Source: the human T2T-CHM13v2.0 reference genome, Homo sapiens
NCBI RefSeq assembly: GCF_009914755.1
Contig: NC_060933.1
DNA: 64,000 nt
Reading direction: 5' to 3' (one strand)
The first letter of the stretch is position 1. Each line of letters begins with the position of its first letter. The notes beneath the pieces are model-generated. The model did no database searches. It saw nothing but the letters and a program-made list of their open reading frames with translations, and was not told the origin of the DNA. The translations under genes and the position numbers were made by a program. Below, piece after piece: positions 43,641 through 56,460 of the stretch.

Positions 43641-44886
43641 TTAATGTTTGAAAAATTCAACTTTAAAAAGAGAATTCGTATTTTAAAAGAATTCATGAAA
43701 TAAGAACATTCCTGAAAAGGTTGCATGCCAGGATATACTGTAATTCAACAATAATTACATTGTTAAACAAGGAAGAACTCATCATAAAAAGATTCTCTGT
43801 GGCTATGACAACAATTATGGATGCTTTAAGAAATCAGTAATTTCCTAAATTAAGATACAAAGTTTAAGATGCAGGGATAGTTCTTTAAACAAAAGTGGTT
43901 CACTTCTCAAAGATGAAGGATACATATATTTTGAGGCAGTGTATGGGGGGCTGGGGTGAGGAGACAGAAAGGGAAAGAGAGGAGTGAAATATTCTATCTA
44001 GGTAACCTTTAACAAAATTGCAAGTTTGTTTTCAAAGTTTATACGGTAAGAGGGTACGGTGGAAGAAAGACCTCATCGTTAAGGCAGAGAACATCCACAG
44101 AGCAAGATCTTGTCTCTGTAGGGCTATATTGCTTCCTTTCTAAAAAAAAGAAAGGTTTTCCTTCACAGTGCATTTACGTCAAAATTCTAAAACCTCTCAC
44201 ATGAGCCTATCACATCAACCTTGTCAAGTCTCACTTGTTGAAATGAGTGGGATTTGAAAACTTCTGAGTGTGCTATTACATTTTCCATTTATGTTCAGGG
44301 AATATGGCTGTGTGAAAAGGAGGCCAAGAGTTGTGGGGGTGGTGGATTTGAGGGAGAGACAACTCTAAATGAGTGAAACCAAATAGATTGATTGTTTCAG
44401 GTGGTGGAGGGTAGTCTCCAAGAAGGATTGGGCAAGGACTTTGAGAAGAAAATGCATTTTACTTTTTACATTTTTAACATTTATTGCCCTCACTAAACTA
44501 CATGTTACATCAAATATCAGAGTTTAAATAAAAGAATCCAATGTTTCTTTGCTTCAAAACTGTAAACAATTTACAACTGATCTATTTATTCTCGATGAAA
44601 TAACAATAGATACTTCTTTTTATTTTCTTCTTGTCTTTTTTAGAGCTCAAGAGACAAGGAAGCATCATGTAGAAATTTGATATTTCCATTAAGATTTCTC
44701 AGCTTCTGGAAAACAAATTTGATATTTGTGTCAGGTTGGAGAAAATGCAACCCTAAACCTAACCTTAATTATATTTTAACCCTAACCCAAATTCTGTGTA
44801 ATAGAGGGTACTAGGCAAGGGAATGACCAGATGTTTTTTAGAGAGGGCAGAAGTTGTTTACTGATGTTAGAAAATTCACGTAACTT

Positions 44887-44967
44887 GGGCAGGAGAGGTG
44901 GCTCACGCCTGTAGTCCCAGCACTTTGGGAGGCTGAGGCTGGCGGATCACCTGAAGCCGAGAGTTCG
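44887..44967 (+). mobile_element. Tailless 5' Alu fragment with TSD
   Basis: First ~81 nt of Alu only; AGAAAATTCA(C/T)GTAACT at 44869-44885 and 44968-44984. Confidence 0.93.
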
Positions 44968-47900
44968 AGAAAATTCATGTAACTATCCACTTCTAAAATT
45001 CTTAGCATTTGTATTGCTATCATTATAAGTGAACATCTTTCAGGTTTACCAAAAAGCTTAGCCATTTTTTAATCAAAATTTAATTTGGTGAAGATGTTTT
45101 TTAAATAAGTAAACAAATTTCTGATTGAGAGATCAAATGTTTTCCCCTAGTAGCCAGTAGAGGGAGCTGTTGGCATTTGATTTGGCATTATAACTCGACC
45201 TGGAAGTTCCCTTAATTAATTCAATGTTTGAAATCAAACCACAGTTTAAATGTAATGATATTAATATGCAAGAATAGACGTGTAAACGTGGAGATTTTCC
45301 ATTCCCATTAAACTTTCTACACAACCACAGATTTCTGGTTCTTCTGTGGGCCCCTTTTAGAGAGCTTATGTTATAGAAATGTTGGCTGCTGTAAATTAAA
45401 GCTGCTCAGAATTGAGTTCATGTACCTAGGCAATGATTCAACATTTCTGAGACTGATTGCAAGTCAAGAAAGAAAGCAGCTTCTTCCTCCAGCTCATAAA
45501 AAAAGAAAGCAAAAAAAGATGTTTGACCTAGAATTATACTTGAAGTTTTCAAAAGAAAAATTGTATGTATTAGGTTGATAATAAGTTTGATTATCTCTAA
45601 TCCAGGAGGAAGAATCCTCTGTAGTTAATGTTCTGGGTATATTTGATGCCGTCCTTGTGGTGAAATATAGCATATTGATTTTTCTTATATTCCCTTCACC
45701 CCAAGTTCATTTCCACAGCTATAGTTTAAAAAGCAGTTATTCACAGCCTAGTGTTTAAAATATACTTCTCCTTTTTGTAATAGGTTTAAGCTAAAATGGA
45801 TTATAAGTAATAATTTCCAAGCACTTCACCAAGTATTATCTTTATCTCAATAAACCTTAATATATAATGTACACATAAACTGCAGTTGTAACTATCTGCA
45901 GATAACCTAGCAGACAGCCGGGGAAAGGATTACTCTGATAGTAGTACTTCTCAACCAGCCTCGGAATTCAGTTGTAAACCCCCTAGGTAAGAGAAAGTTT
46001 GAAGAGAGAGTTGGAAATAATCATTCTGATTCACTTAAATGTTTCCCCTCCCTAATGTAAACATAAAAATAAACTATTGCATATTTAAATATATGATATT
46101 AAAGACATGAAATCTTACCAAACTTGAAATAGAAAATTACTCTAAAAGATAAAGAAAGCAGTGTTCTGTTTTGATACGGATTAACAGATGAACATTAAGC
46201 TCTCTACCCGATCGTCACCGATAGATTTAAGATTACTCCTTAAGGCTACACTGAAAGCATACTAGAAATAATAGGGTTAATTGTGTTCTGAGTACATAAA
46301 GAAGTGCCACTTTCTGGGGACAGTATGCCACATTGCAATTGGCAAACTAAATGCTAAACCAAAATCACTTCCCCTGTTCACAAAACATGTGGAGCTTCTT
46401 GGAAAGAAAAAAAAGGTGTTTTTTAACTGAGTGGGGACAGTGTTCTGTGCTATTTCCAGGAAGTGTGTATTTTCTCAAATCACTTATGCTTTTTAATCTG
46501 TTGGACCTGGTCTATGTTTTGTGTTGATTTCTGGGCCTTCCAATCAAAATTAATTTTGCTATTCTTTCTGAGAGAACTTTTTAGAACGAAAAATGAACCT
46601 CTCATACAGTTGAAAGACAAGGACCAAAAGTGCTGTATTATACTTCTTGAATGGTTGAAATCTAGTTGGAACAAAACCCCCCAGCACTATTAAAAATATA
46701 ATTTTAGGTGAAATTTCATTCCATATGAAGCATTAATTTTAATAGAGACTTATATATAAGCTCTCATTTGAATAATAATGTAAAATTAAATTTAAATTGT
46801 AAATAACGTCCAGATACTAGTTGTTTCCTGGCTCAAATTCTTTAGCACATATGGTGCTAGCATAAGCTTGTGCCTGTCTGCCTACTCTGGGTAATTTTGC
46901 ATGCAAATAGTTTTAGTGCCTATGTTGAGGTGCTAAAACGTGTTTAGTACACTTGAAAATATTTGCATTGCAAAAGGAGAGCGAATCTCCTGAGGAAAAT
47001 CAAATTGATATTTTGTATTAAGAGACCACTTTGGACACTGCGTGGTATTCTGCTAGGGAGAATTCTGTTTACAGTGCAGCTAGCATTTTTAATTGACCTT
47101 TAGAAAAGAAGGTCTGGCTTCAGCTTTGCCAGGTTTATAAACCGTTGGACCATCTTCTGGCAGCATTCACCACATTAATCAGTCAAGAGAGAAAGAGAAG
47201 GAAAGAATCTCCTTGCCTTGGCTGGACTGTAGTGTTTCATGCCTCAATTTGGTGGATTGGTAGGATAAATATGTTAATTATAATTAAAAGTTTCAGCTGG
47301 AATGTGCCTAACTAATTAGCTAACTAACTAACCAGCTAACTAAGGAAAGGCTTTAGTACAGTGGAGCGGTGGTGGGTGCTGGGTGTGAGGCCCCACACAC
47401 TCTTCCATTTGCCTCACTCCCATCTGCTGCATTTATGGGAACCAGTTCGTTAAGAGTCTGAATTGAATCCAAATAAAATGCATTTCTGATGCAAGCCCGA
47501 TGACTGGTGCCATTCTCCGCTGCATTATGTCAAATTAGAGTTTGTTTGGAAAAGAGGTTACAGGGATCCTACGTAAATGTCGCTTGCGCAGAACATCGAT
47601 CAAATAAGAGTTATGCACAAATTTGCCATCTAATTCCTATAAATAAATTGAGCACCTCCCTCCTTGATTTTGCTCCTATTCACCATGAGTGATTAAAAAA
47701 TTAGCACTCCTAATAATAAATAAAATTCAAGAGGCAAGCTAGTAAGAGGTTTGTGGAACTTTTCTTATAACAGTTATTTCAAAGTTTTTAGATAATTTTA
47801 TTACAAGAACCAGTTCAGGTGTAGTATATCCCTATAAAATGAAAGTAAGTTCAAGGTCCGTAAGAGAAACAGATGATACTAGGTCTACAAGAGGAATTCA

Positions 47901-48986
47901 AATGTGAGACCCCTCTGTCTGCAACTCCCTCCTCTGTCGAGAAATGATGCCAGATGGAATCCTGATAACTCCCATTGTTAAAGCAGCTCTATCGCTTTCA
48001 GCCCAAGCACCATGCAAGAGTTACTACTATAGATGCTTCTATTGGCTAAAACGTGCTGCAGGATCCAGATTTTTCTGCATATTTTACTCCTTCGTGCTTA
48101 ATATTCTTTCATCCCTGCCACTTCTCACAGTGTGCAAGGTGCAGTATTTTGTGTCAATGAATAGCCAGAGACAGGTAGCAGGCAAGAGCCAAAAGGAACT
48201 CATTATGAATACAAACCAGTAAGGAGGAGCTGACTTACTGTGCTACTGAAACTTTGCTTGCAATCTAGTTCCTTTAAAACAATCTTAAAAAAAAAAAAAA
48301 AAAAGCCTCCGTTGTCTGTGGGATCCTAGCACATCAATCAATCCATTAAGTAAGTAAATAAGGCAATAACTAAACAATAAATCATTTTGAATTTCACGCA
48401 TGCACAAATCTTTTGATACATAAATGACAAGGTTTAGGTTCGGAGGCTACCACCTCTGTTCCAGTAGTTATCATACAAGATAAAGAGTTGTTTTTAAACT
48501 GTGGTGCATTGCTCATTCTGGTCCCCACATGATGGGGCTTCTTTCACCCCTTGGGTGGTGGTGTGTGTATGATGCACGGCCTGGGAGTTGTTTGTGTGTG
48601 TGTGTGGTGTGTAGCGGGGGCCATGCTGTTAGGGGGAAGCCTACCACACATTTCTGCCATCGCAGACGGTGGGCAAACAGCTGTCTCCACAGCTGAGACC
48701 ACTGGAGCTGCTTGCGCTGCTCCAGTAACTCGAGAGCACACGGCTGGTCCCTGGATGGCACAGAGCACTGTGCCTGCAGCAAAGTGCCTGAGCTTTCCTG
48801 GGGCTGAGCGGGCGGGGTCTTTGCCACCAGACACAATAAGCATGTGAAATGGGGTTCATGAATTATTCATCCTTGGTGTCCTATGAAACAAAGAAATGAT
48901 ATGTTTGCTGGTAGATAACTGTGTTGTGGCATTTGTAAATCTTTTTGAATTTGGAGTTGATCATGTTTCTTGTGTTGGTGGGGAAA

Positions 48987-49029
48987 TGTGTGTGTGTGTG
49001 TGTGTGCGTGCGTGTGTGTGCGTGTGTGT
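48987..49029. repeat. Interrupted (TG)n/(CG) microsatellite
   Basis: Read directly. Confidence 0.93.
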
Positions 49030-49544
49030 TTTTTCCCTAAAATAAAAATTTGGGAGTTCAACACAATAATCTTACAGCAAAGGTCTTCCATGAAATATTG
49101 CATGGATTATACTATTTTGGCTCATGATTTACGGATTTTAAAAATCTCATTCAGTGAAAAGGGATGTTAAAATGGTTTCACTGCAATAAACTACAGCAAG
49201 ATACCAGGTTCTCAAGGAGTTTATTTTTCTCCTTAGTAGGCATCCAGCCCACTTTTGTTAATGCAAGTTTCATTACTGTGGACTAGAGAACAGTGGTGCC
49301 TTCAGCATGACACTACAGCATCGGGAGGAATGATTCTTCACTTTCACTAAAATATTAGTAAAAATGATACTTTGGCGAATTGAGCCCTAAATTGTGTTAG
49401 TGACAGTTAAATACCCACTAATTTAACACCAGTTAAACTGGCAATAAAATGACCCCCAACTGAGTTAAGCCACCATCCTATTCCTGCACAATAGCTCCAG
49501 CCCTAATGCCAGTGATCTATAAAGCCACTGGGTAGAGTTTATGC

Positions 49545-49559
49545 ATTTGCATAACAAAT
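49545..49559. promoter_or_regulatory. POU-SOX (OCT4-SOX2-type) composite motif
   Basis: ATTTGCATAACAAAT vs consensus ATTTGCATAACAA(T/A)G; motif match only, binding not shown. Confidence 0.45.
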
Positions 49560-50172
49560 ATTTCTGGAGTGTTGTATAAAGTAGCTAGCTACTCAAACTT
49601 ATCATAATTGTTATTTATAATTATCATCTGCATATTCCTTTCATTTATTCTTTAATATCTCAAAGAAAATAAAATGATTTAATAGTTCTTCATTATCTTT
49701 GAAACACAACCTGGTGAAACATATCATGGTAATGTTCACTGTCATCTCTTCAATAATTATCTCAGGTCTGTCTTCCAGTAGTCACTCATGCTTTCTCCAT
49801 CACACTTTTTTTTTTGCAGTATCTCCTCGCAGTCTCCCTACCTTTCAGGTTGCCTGTGAAGTACTGTGTATCCATAAACCTCCCACAATCTGATATGTTT
49901 GGCAGAGAAAATCAGGGAAAAGGCACGTTGATTGTGCTGAAAGAAAAAAAACAAGCAAAAACAAAATATGGATCTGCCAATTACATGCTGGAGTGAAAAT
50001 ACAATTCCTTCTTGCTTTCAGGTGAGGGAGTTGGCAGGTGGGGTGTGAATTGGTAGGTAGTAGGACTTTCAGTAAAAAGAAGTGTAGCAAATGCTGTATG
50101 ATGGGTGTTTTTTGGATTTTTTGTTGTTATTTGTTTCCTTAAGCCCCAATAGTGTACCAGATAGTAGACTCA

Positions 50173-50174
<2 letters not shown>

Positions 50175-50256
<82 letters not shown>
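50175..50256. repeat. Compound microsatellite (AT)22 G (CA)18
   Basis: Read directly. Confidence 0.97.
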
Positions 50257-50258
<2 letters not shown>

Positions 50259-50784
50259 AATGATTACCTGTCTTTACCTTGGACATGTAGGATTAATTAA
50301 GATTACAAATAAAATTATAATAGGACATAAATTGCTTCTTACCTTTTTGAAAGAAAATAGATATCCAGTGGAGGTAAATGGTAACAATGTCCTGGAACCA
50401 ATGAGATAATCATTAGGCATAGAAGTGACAACCTTAAGAGGAACAAAACAGAGACAGAGCCCTAAAGGACTTAGGCAGAGTTTAATGGAAATTTTCCTGA
50501 TTTCTCATTCACTGCTTGCATCACCTCTACTTCCTCCTTGTGTACTTTGTTTTAGTGTGAGACAGCGGAAGTGGCTAATAATATTTCCTCCCCTCAGCCA
50601 GGATGCTTTTTCAGCTTCAGTTGGTCATTGAAAGAGCCCATATTGCTATGATTTTCTGGAATATTATCACTTGGTCCTCCAAAATTTTGTTTTTAGTATA
50701 TAGAAAAAAATCCTTTATGGGAATAACAGGCAAATTAATGTTTCTAATTATGTATATTATTCCGTTTATATATCTGAGAACTAG

Positions 50785-51124
<340 letters not shown>

Positions 51125-51234
51125 CTACAAGGACATTTAAGTAAAAGGTATTTAAGGATATATGCTATAATAGCAATCAAAGAGAAGAATCAGCAGGAAA
51201 TTAATCAACAATTTATAAAATTGATAGTCTATGT

Positions 51235-51425
51235 ACGGTTAAGAAAACCCAGGATCTTTGGATCACAGACACTTGGATTTGAATCCTGTCTGTGCTACAT
51301 TTGTGCTACAATGACATTTAACCTTCCTAAATATGTGTCCTTATCTGTAAAATGGGGACAGAAATACATAGAATATTTTTTAAAAATCAGAACTAGTGAT
51401 CTACTATTTGTGAAGCATGCATGGT
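51235..51425 (+). mobile_element. MIR SINE
   Basis: GGTTAAGAA...TTGGATTTGAATCCTG...CCTTATCTGTAAAATGGGGA. Confidence 0.75.
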
Positions 51426-51439
51426 AATCTGTAACCCTC

Positions 51440-51601
51440 TAAAGACGTTAAAATCACCTGGAGAGCTTTGAAAATCTGTTGATGCCCTGTTACCATCTCC
51501 GACCAATTACATTCAAGTCTCTGGGGAATGGACCTTGGCATTATAGTTTTTAAAACCTCCCCAGGTGATTCTAGTGTGCAACCAAGGATTTCAACAACTG
51601 G
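51440..51601. mobile_element. MER5A/B (hAT-Charlie)
   Basis: AATCACCTGGAGAGCTTTGAAAA...TCTCTGGGG...TTTTTAAAACCTCCCCAGGTGATTCTAGTGTGCAACCAAGG. Confidence 0.85.
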
Positions 51602-53164
51602 TGGAAAAGTCGAAAACTGAATGAACACTCAGTAAATATTTTCCAGCTTTCCTTGTCTATGTGGTATGAACATTAGCCTAATTAGGATGCAGATTTTTAT
51701 TACTCAAAAAAATTCTCAAGGTCAGTTCAAATCTTCATGCCTTGAAGGTAAAGAAGATGAAACCAGGAGGTTAGTGGACTCTGGTCATATTGTTAGTGGT
51801 GGCAATAAGACTGGGATCCCAGTATTCCTTTTAGAATTTCAGAGTTGTCCTTCCTAACACACCTTTTAACAGGGAAAGAGTTCTCAGATGAGGCTAAGCT
51901 GATCTTTCCTTTTCAGCAGTATTTTATGGCAATGAGGATAAAACTAGTGTCAGAAGCGAAGGATTAAACCTTTATCATCTTCATCTTGGTCTAGTAGCAT
52001 TCATTCATCGAAATTTTTGAGCAGAAAAAACAAACCTCAGCCCTGCTTCCACATGGAGGGCAATGCATATGTAATGTGGCTTCTGAAATTTGGTGTCTTA
52101 AGGCTTCTCCATCTCACTGAGGATTTCCTGTGCAATTGATATGGAAAATCTGAGTGATTTACCACAACACAGTTATGAGCCATCATACAGGTGCATTTAA
52201 TTTTTAATTACTCTTAAAAATGTTTTTAATAATTAGTAGCAATAACCACTAATTGGCATATAAGCCATTCTTGCACCAGCAGGCAAACTGTAGGTTTACT
52301 TCAGCACACCCACACCCAATCAACTGAAAATTGCTTGAATGCTTATCTTATAATTACTGTGCTTAATGCTGTTTGCATTGTTTGGAAGCTTTTGTGATTA
52401 ATTGATTTTTTTTTCTTTTTTTTACCTCTGAACCTGTAAATGAATGGCAAAGATTAGTCTTCTGCTCAGTGACATCTTATTTACATTGAGTTGTTAGGCA
52501 CATTAAAGGGGAAAAATTATGGATTTTGTTTTTACATGCCAAGTGTATTTCCTCTGTTTATGCTATGGTTATATAGACCCCATATAGAAGTTGAAACTGC
52601 TCTTACTACCTGCATGTCTTGTGCCAACGCTATGCAGAATGGCACAATTACATTTTTAGGCCAACTATTAACCTCTACGCACCTTTATACCTTCCACTTA
52701 TTTTTCTGGGTAAAGGGCAATAATTTGAGAATGCCTCTATTTAAATAGAGGCCAACATAATTCAAGTTGTTTAGTTTATTCCTTGAGCATCAATAATTGA
52801 TATATATGCATGCTAGTAATTGTGCTTTTGATCTGAAAGTGGCAGTCACAATTAAGCTCAGAAACAATCATAAAATAAACGAGATTATTGGTATGCTAAG
52901 GCAATGTTTGAAATAGATGATAGATCTGCCAATGTTTTCATAGTACTAAATGGCAAATAAAATTTTATGATGACAGAGGCAAAGGATAAAAATGTGACTT
53001 TATAATTGTAGGCCATTTTATATTGGTGATGAACTAATGAAGACATGGACGTGGATATTTCTTACTCTGTTTATTCACTCACTGTAAAGTTATTGGGAAT
53101 ATGATGTGCCAAGGAATGTGCTAGACAATGAGGATATGGAAAAAATAAGTCATTGTGGGAAAAT

Positions 53165-53350
53165 GTGGTCTTGGGAATTAGAAAAAGTCAGTGAGAAAAT
53201 CTTGGTCCCATAACTAGTAACTGTGTCTAAGACATTAAGAAAATTAACTGATGTCTCAGAAAATAATTTTTGTCATCTGAAAAGGGAGAGTATTACCTAC
53301 CTTGAAAGCTCATTGTGAAAATTAAATGAAATACTATACATAAGTATTTT
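53165..53350 (+). mobile_element. MIR SINE
   Basis: TCATCTGAAAAGGGAGAGTATTACCTACCTTG...ATTGTGAAAATTAAATGAAATA. Confidence 0.65.
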
Positions 53351-53444
53351 GTACTTGGTTGGTGTGCACTATTTAATGCATGCCTGCTATAGTTTTAATT
53401 AGACCAAAGAATCACAGTTCAGTGAGAGAATGCGATACACCTAT

Positions 53445-53770
53445 CTCTTGCAGGGTTCTTTGATTGCAGGCAACAGAAACTCAGAGGATCAACTAGAACA
53501 CTGGAGAATCAGGCTTGAAAACAGAGGAAGAACTAGGCATATATGTAAGGATTTGGGTACCAGGAACTTCTCAACGGTTTTGGAGGGCACTGCTGGTGTA
53601 CAAATGCATTCAAAATTCCCTCCTTATTTTTGTATTTTTGTTCTCAAGATTGAAAGTCAGAGAGTGAGGAGAAGAGAAAGAGACAGAGAGAGACAGAGAA
53701 AGGGGGAACTATGGATGCCACTATAAAATAAACGGTGATGAGTGATTAATAACCCAAAGTCCACACAAAA
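53445..53770 (-). mobile_element. Possible old MLT1 (MaLR) LTR remnant
   Basis: CAGGGTTCTTTGATTGCAGGCAACAGAAACTC resembles an MLT1L/M/N terminus; remainder highly diverged. Confidence 0.4.
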
Positions 53771-53807
53771 TATTATGTAACACAGAAACTGATTACAGTG
53801 CCATGAG

Positions 53808-53981
53808 TAGGGTTGCCTCCATGGACATGTCATTTTGCAATTACAAAGGGCCCTATGCCTAGCAGGCCCTACACTTTGTTTAATGTTCTGTGTCACCATT
53901 TTGAAATTCTTAATAATTTATGAACAAGGGGCTCCACATTTTCATTTTGCTTTGGCTGCACAAATTTCATAGCTGGTCCTG
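53808..53981. mobile_element. MER45A (hAT-Tip100), full length
   Basis: GTTTAATGTTCTG...TTGAAATTCTTAATAATTTATGAACAAGGGGCTCCACATTTTCATTTTGC...TAGCTGGTCCTG. Confidence 0.85.
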
Positions 53982-54705
53982 GTCCCACGTTCTAGAGTGG
54001 GGGTCTAGTGCTGTAGAAGCACAGAGAAGGGAGAACATCCAGGTAGGGATTCATACAAAGACCAAGGAAGGGTTCAAGGAATGAGAGTTAAAGTTTCAGG
54101 CAGAGATGGCCACATGGAGAAATGGGAGAGGGCATTTAGATGATGAAAACCTAGAAACAGAAGCCATCAGCAGTTCTTATTATGAAAGATATTAAGCACA
54201 GTTCTGGCATAATTTCCACTGAGTCATTCTCTTTAAGAGCCGTAAAGCAACTAAATTATGATTATAGATTGGAGAAAACTCCCTCTGTCTAGAAGTCTGC
54301 AAAACAACAGAGGAGGCCTGCAAGAACTATAGGCAGAATCCCACCAGAGCTAAAAAAAAAAAAAGTGGTGTGTTTTTAGGCCACTAGAAACTTATGACTT
54401 AACTGTCATCTGGGTCTTCCTTCTACCCAGCCTCCTCCTGAAGTCACTGGAGTAAGAGCTGTCCCCAGTATGGAATCCTGTCTTCTTGGCACCGAGCTCA
54501 TGTATTTATGGTAGTGCTTTTGAGTGGGACTGTGGGGTGAAGAAGCAGAGCAGTTTAGTTGCTTTCCATGTATTACTTTAGAATTTATGCAACTCTGCTT
54601 CTCAGTGTTCCCGTAGACCATGACTTCTCCCATTCTTTTATCAAACGTTTTTATAGAATCTCAGGATTCTAGCTCAACTCTTTTCCAAGGTATGAAAATC
54701 CTTAA

Positions 54706-55165
<460 letters not shown>

Positions 55166-56224
55166 TCTCTAATTACAGTGAAAATGTTATTTGCCCTGCC
55201 CCATTCCAGTGAGAAAACATGTATAAGATTTCCTTTAAAGAAAGCTTCTTAGAGTAGTTTGAGACTCTCCTATTAGCTGAATAGGATATGGTATGGTATG
55301 TTTCCAGGATAGCACAGACCTGGAAGTTTCCCCTACAGATTCACTTTGTCTTCTAAACTTCATACTCTCTATGGGAAACAACTTCTCCATTCCCTCTGTC
55401 ATATGTAATGCACCAGGCACATATCCAGCTGAAGCCATTGCATGGGAGACAGAGCCAGTCACAAACACACTTGTGTCAGGAAGGATAGCCCAGACATTCG
55501 CCATCTGTGTCTCAGCTTTCTCCTGCTCTCTTCTTAGGTTGCTTGTCTAGGGACACACCCACACACTATTTCCCACCCACCCTGACAATGGGAAAATTGG
55601 CACATTGCACAATTTTTGAGAGAGGCCTATTGTACAAGATTTCCCCTGAATTATAGTGAGTTTTTTCAAGGATATGCTGGAGTATCATGCATTCAGATGG
55701 GTGAGTTGAAGTTAATCTACTCAATAATAACAACAAAATCATCTTCAGGATGACTTTGTTTGTTTTGTAGGGAAATCAAGTCAATGCCTACAGGCTTTTT
55801 TTCATGAGCATAAACATTCGTTGCTTAAAAGGGAATTAGAATTGTACATATTTGTATATTTTCCAGAGAGTCATATTGACCAAGGCCTCTTCTACAACCA
55901 AGAACAGAATACCATGTCTCCTTTTCTTGAGTTGCATGGCAATATGCCGCCTCTTAATGCTGAAACCAAAACCATGGCATTGTGCTCCCCTAGCCCTTGA
56001 ATATCAGTTTCAGGAATACAATAAGAGATCGCCCAATTTTCTCCCCTTGATCATCTCTTTCTCACTTCTTATGCTCTAATTTTCTTTGTAGTTTTTTTGC
56101 ACTTGATTATTTGATCCCTAGCCAAGGAAGAACTGTTTAATCAGGAAGGACTTAACTGGAATTGAGATGATATCAGCAACAGATACAGAAATTCAGAGAA
56201 TGTAAGGTAGAGCTAATTATTAAA

Positions 56225-56460
56225 ATAGAAGCTAGACTATTTATAGAGCACCTACGCTGAGCCATGCTCTCTGATGGGAATGAAGCATACATTTTCTTTA
56301 ATACTGCCTTGCAACTCGCGGGCAGAAATTATACATTTTAAAGATAAGTAAAAAGTAAACTGAGGCCCCAAACATTTATATAATTATCCTTAATTCAGCT
56401 TGCTTTTAAATGGTGGAGGTAGGATTCAAAGACATTTGACCTAACTTCTAAAGTTAATGT
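56225..56460 (-). mobile_element. MIR SINE
   Basis: TATTTATAGAGCACCTAC...AAACTGAGGCCCCAA...AATGGTGGAGGTAGGATTCAAA. Confidence 0.65.

Noticed and set aside
50069-50409. ORFs with IY/TH/CV runs
   Set aside because: Translations of the (AT)n(CA)n microsatellite
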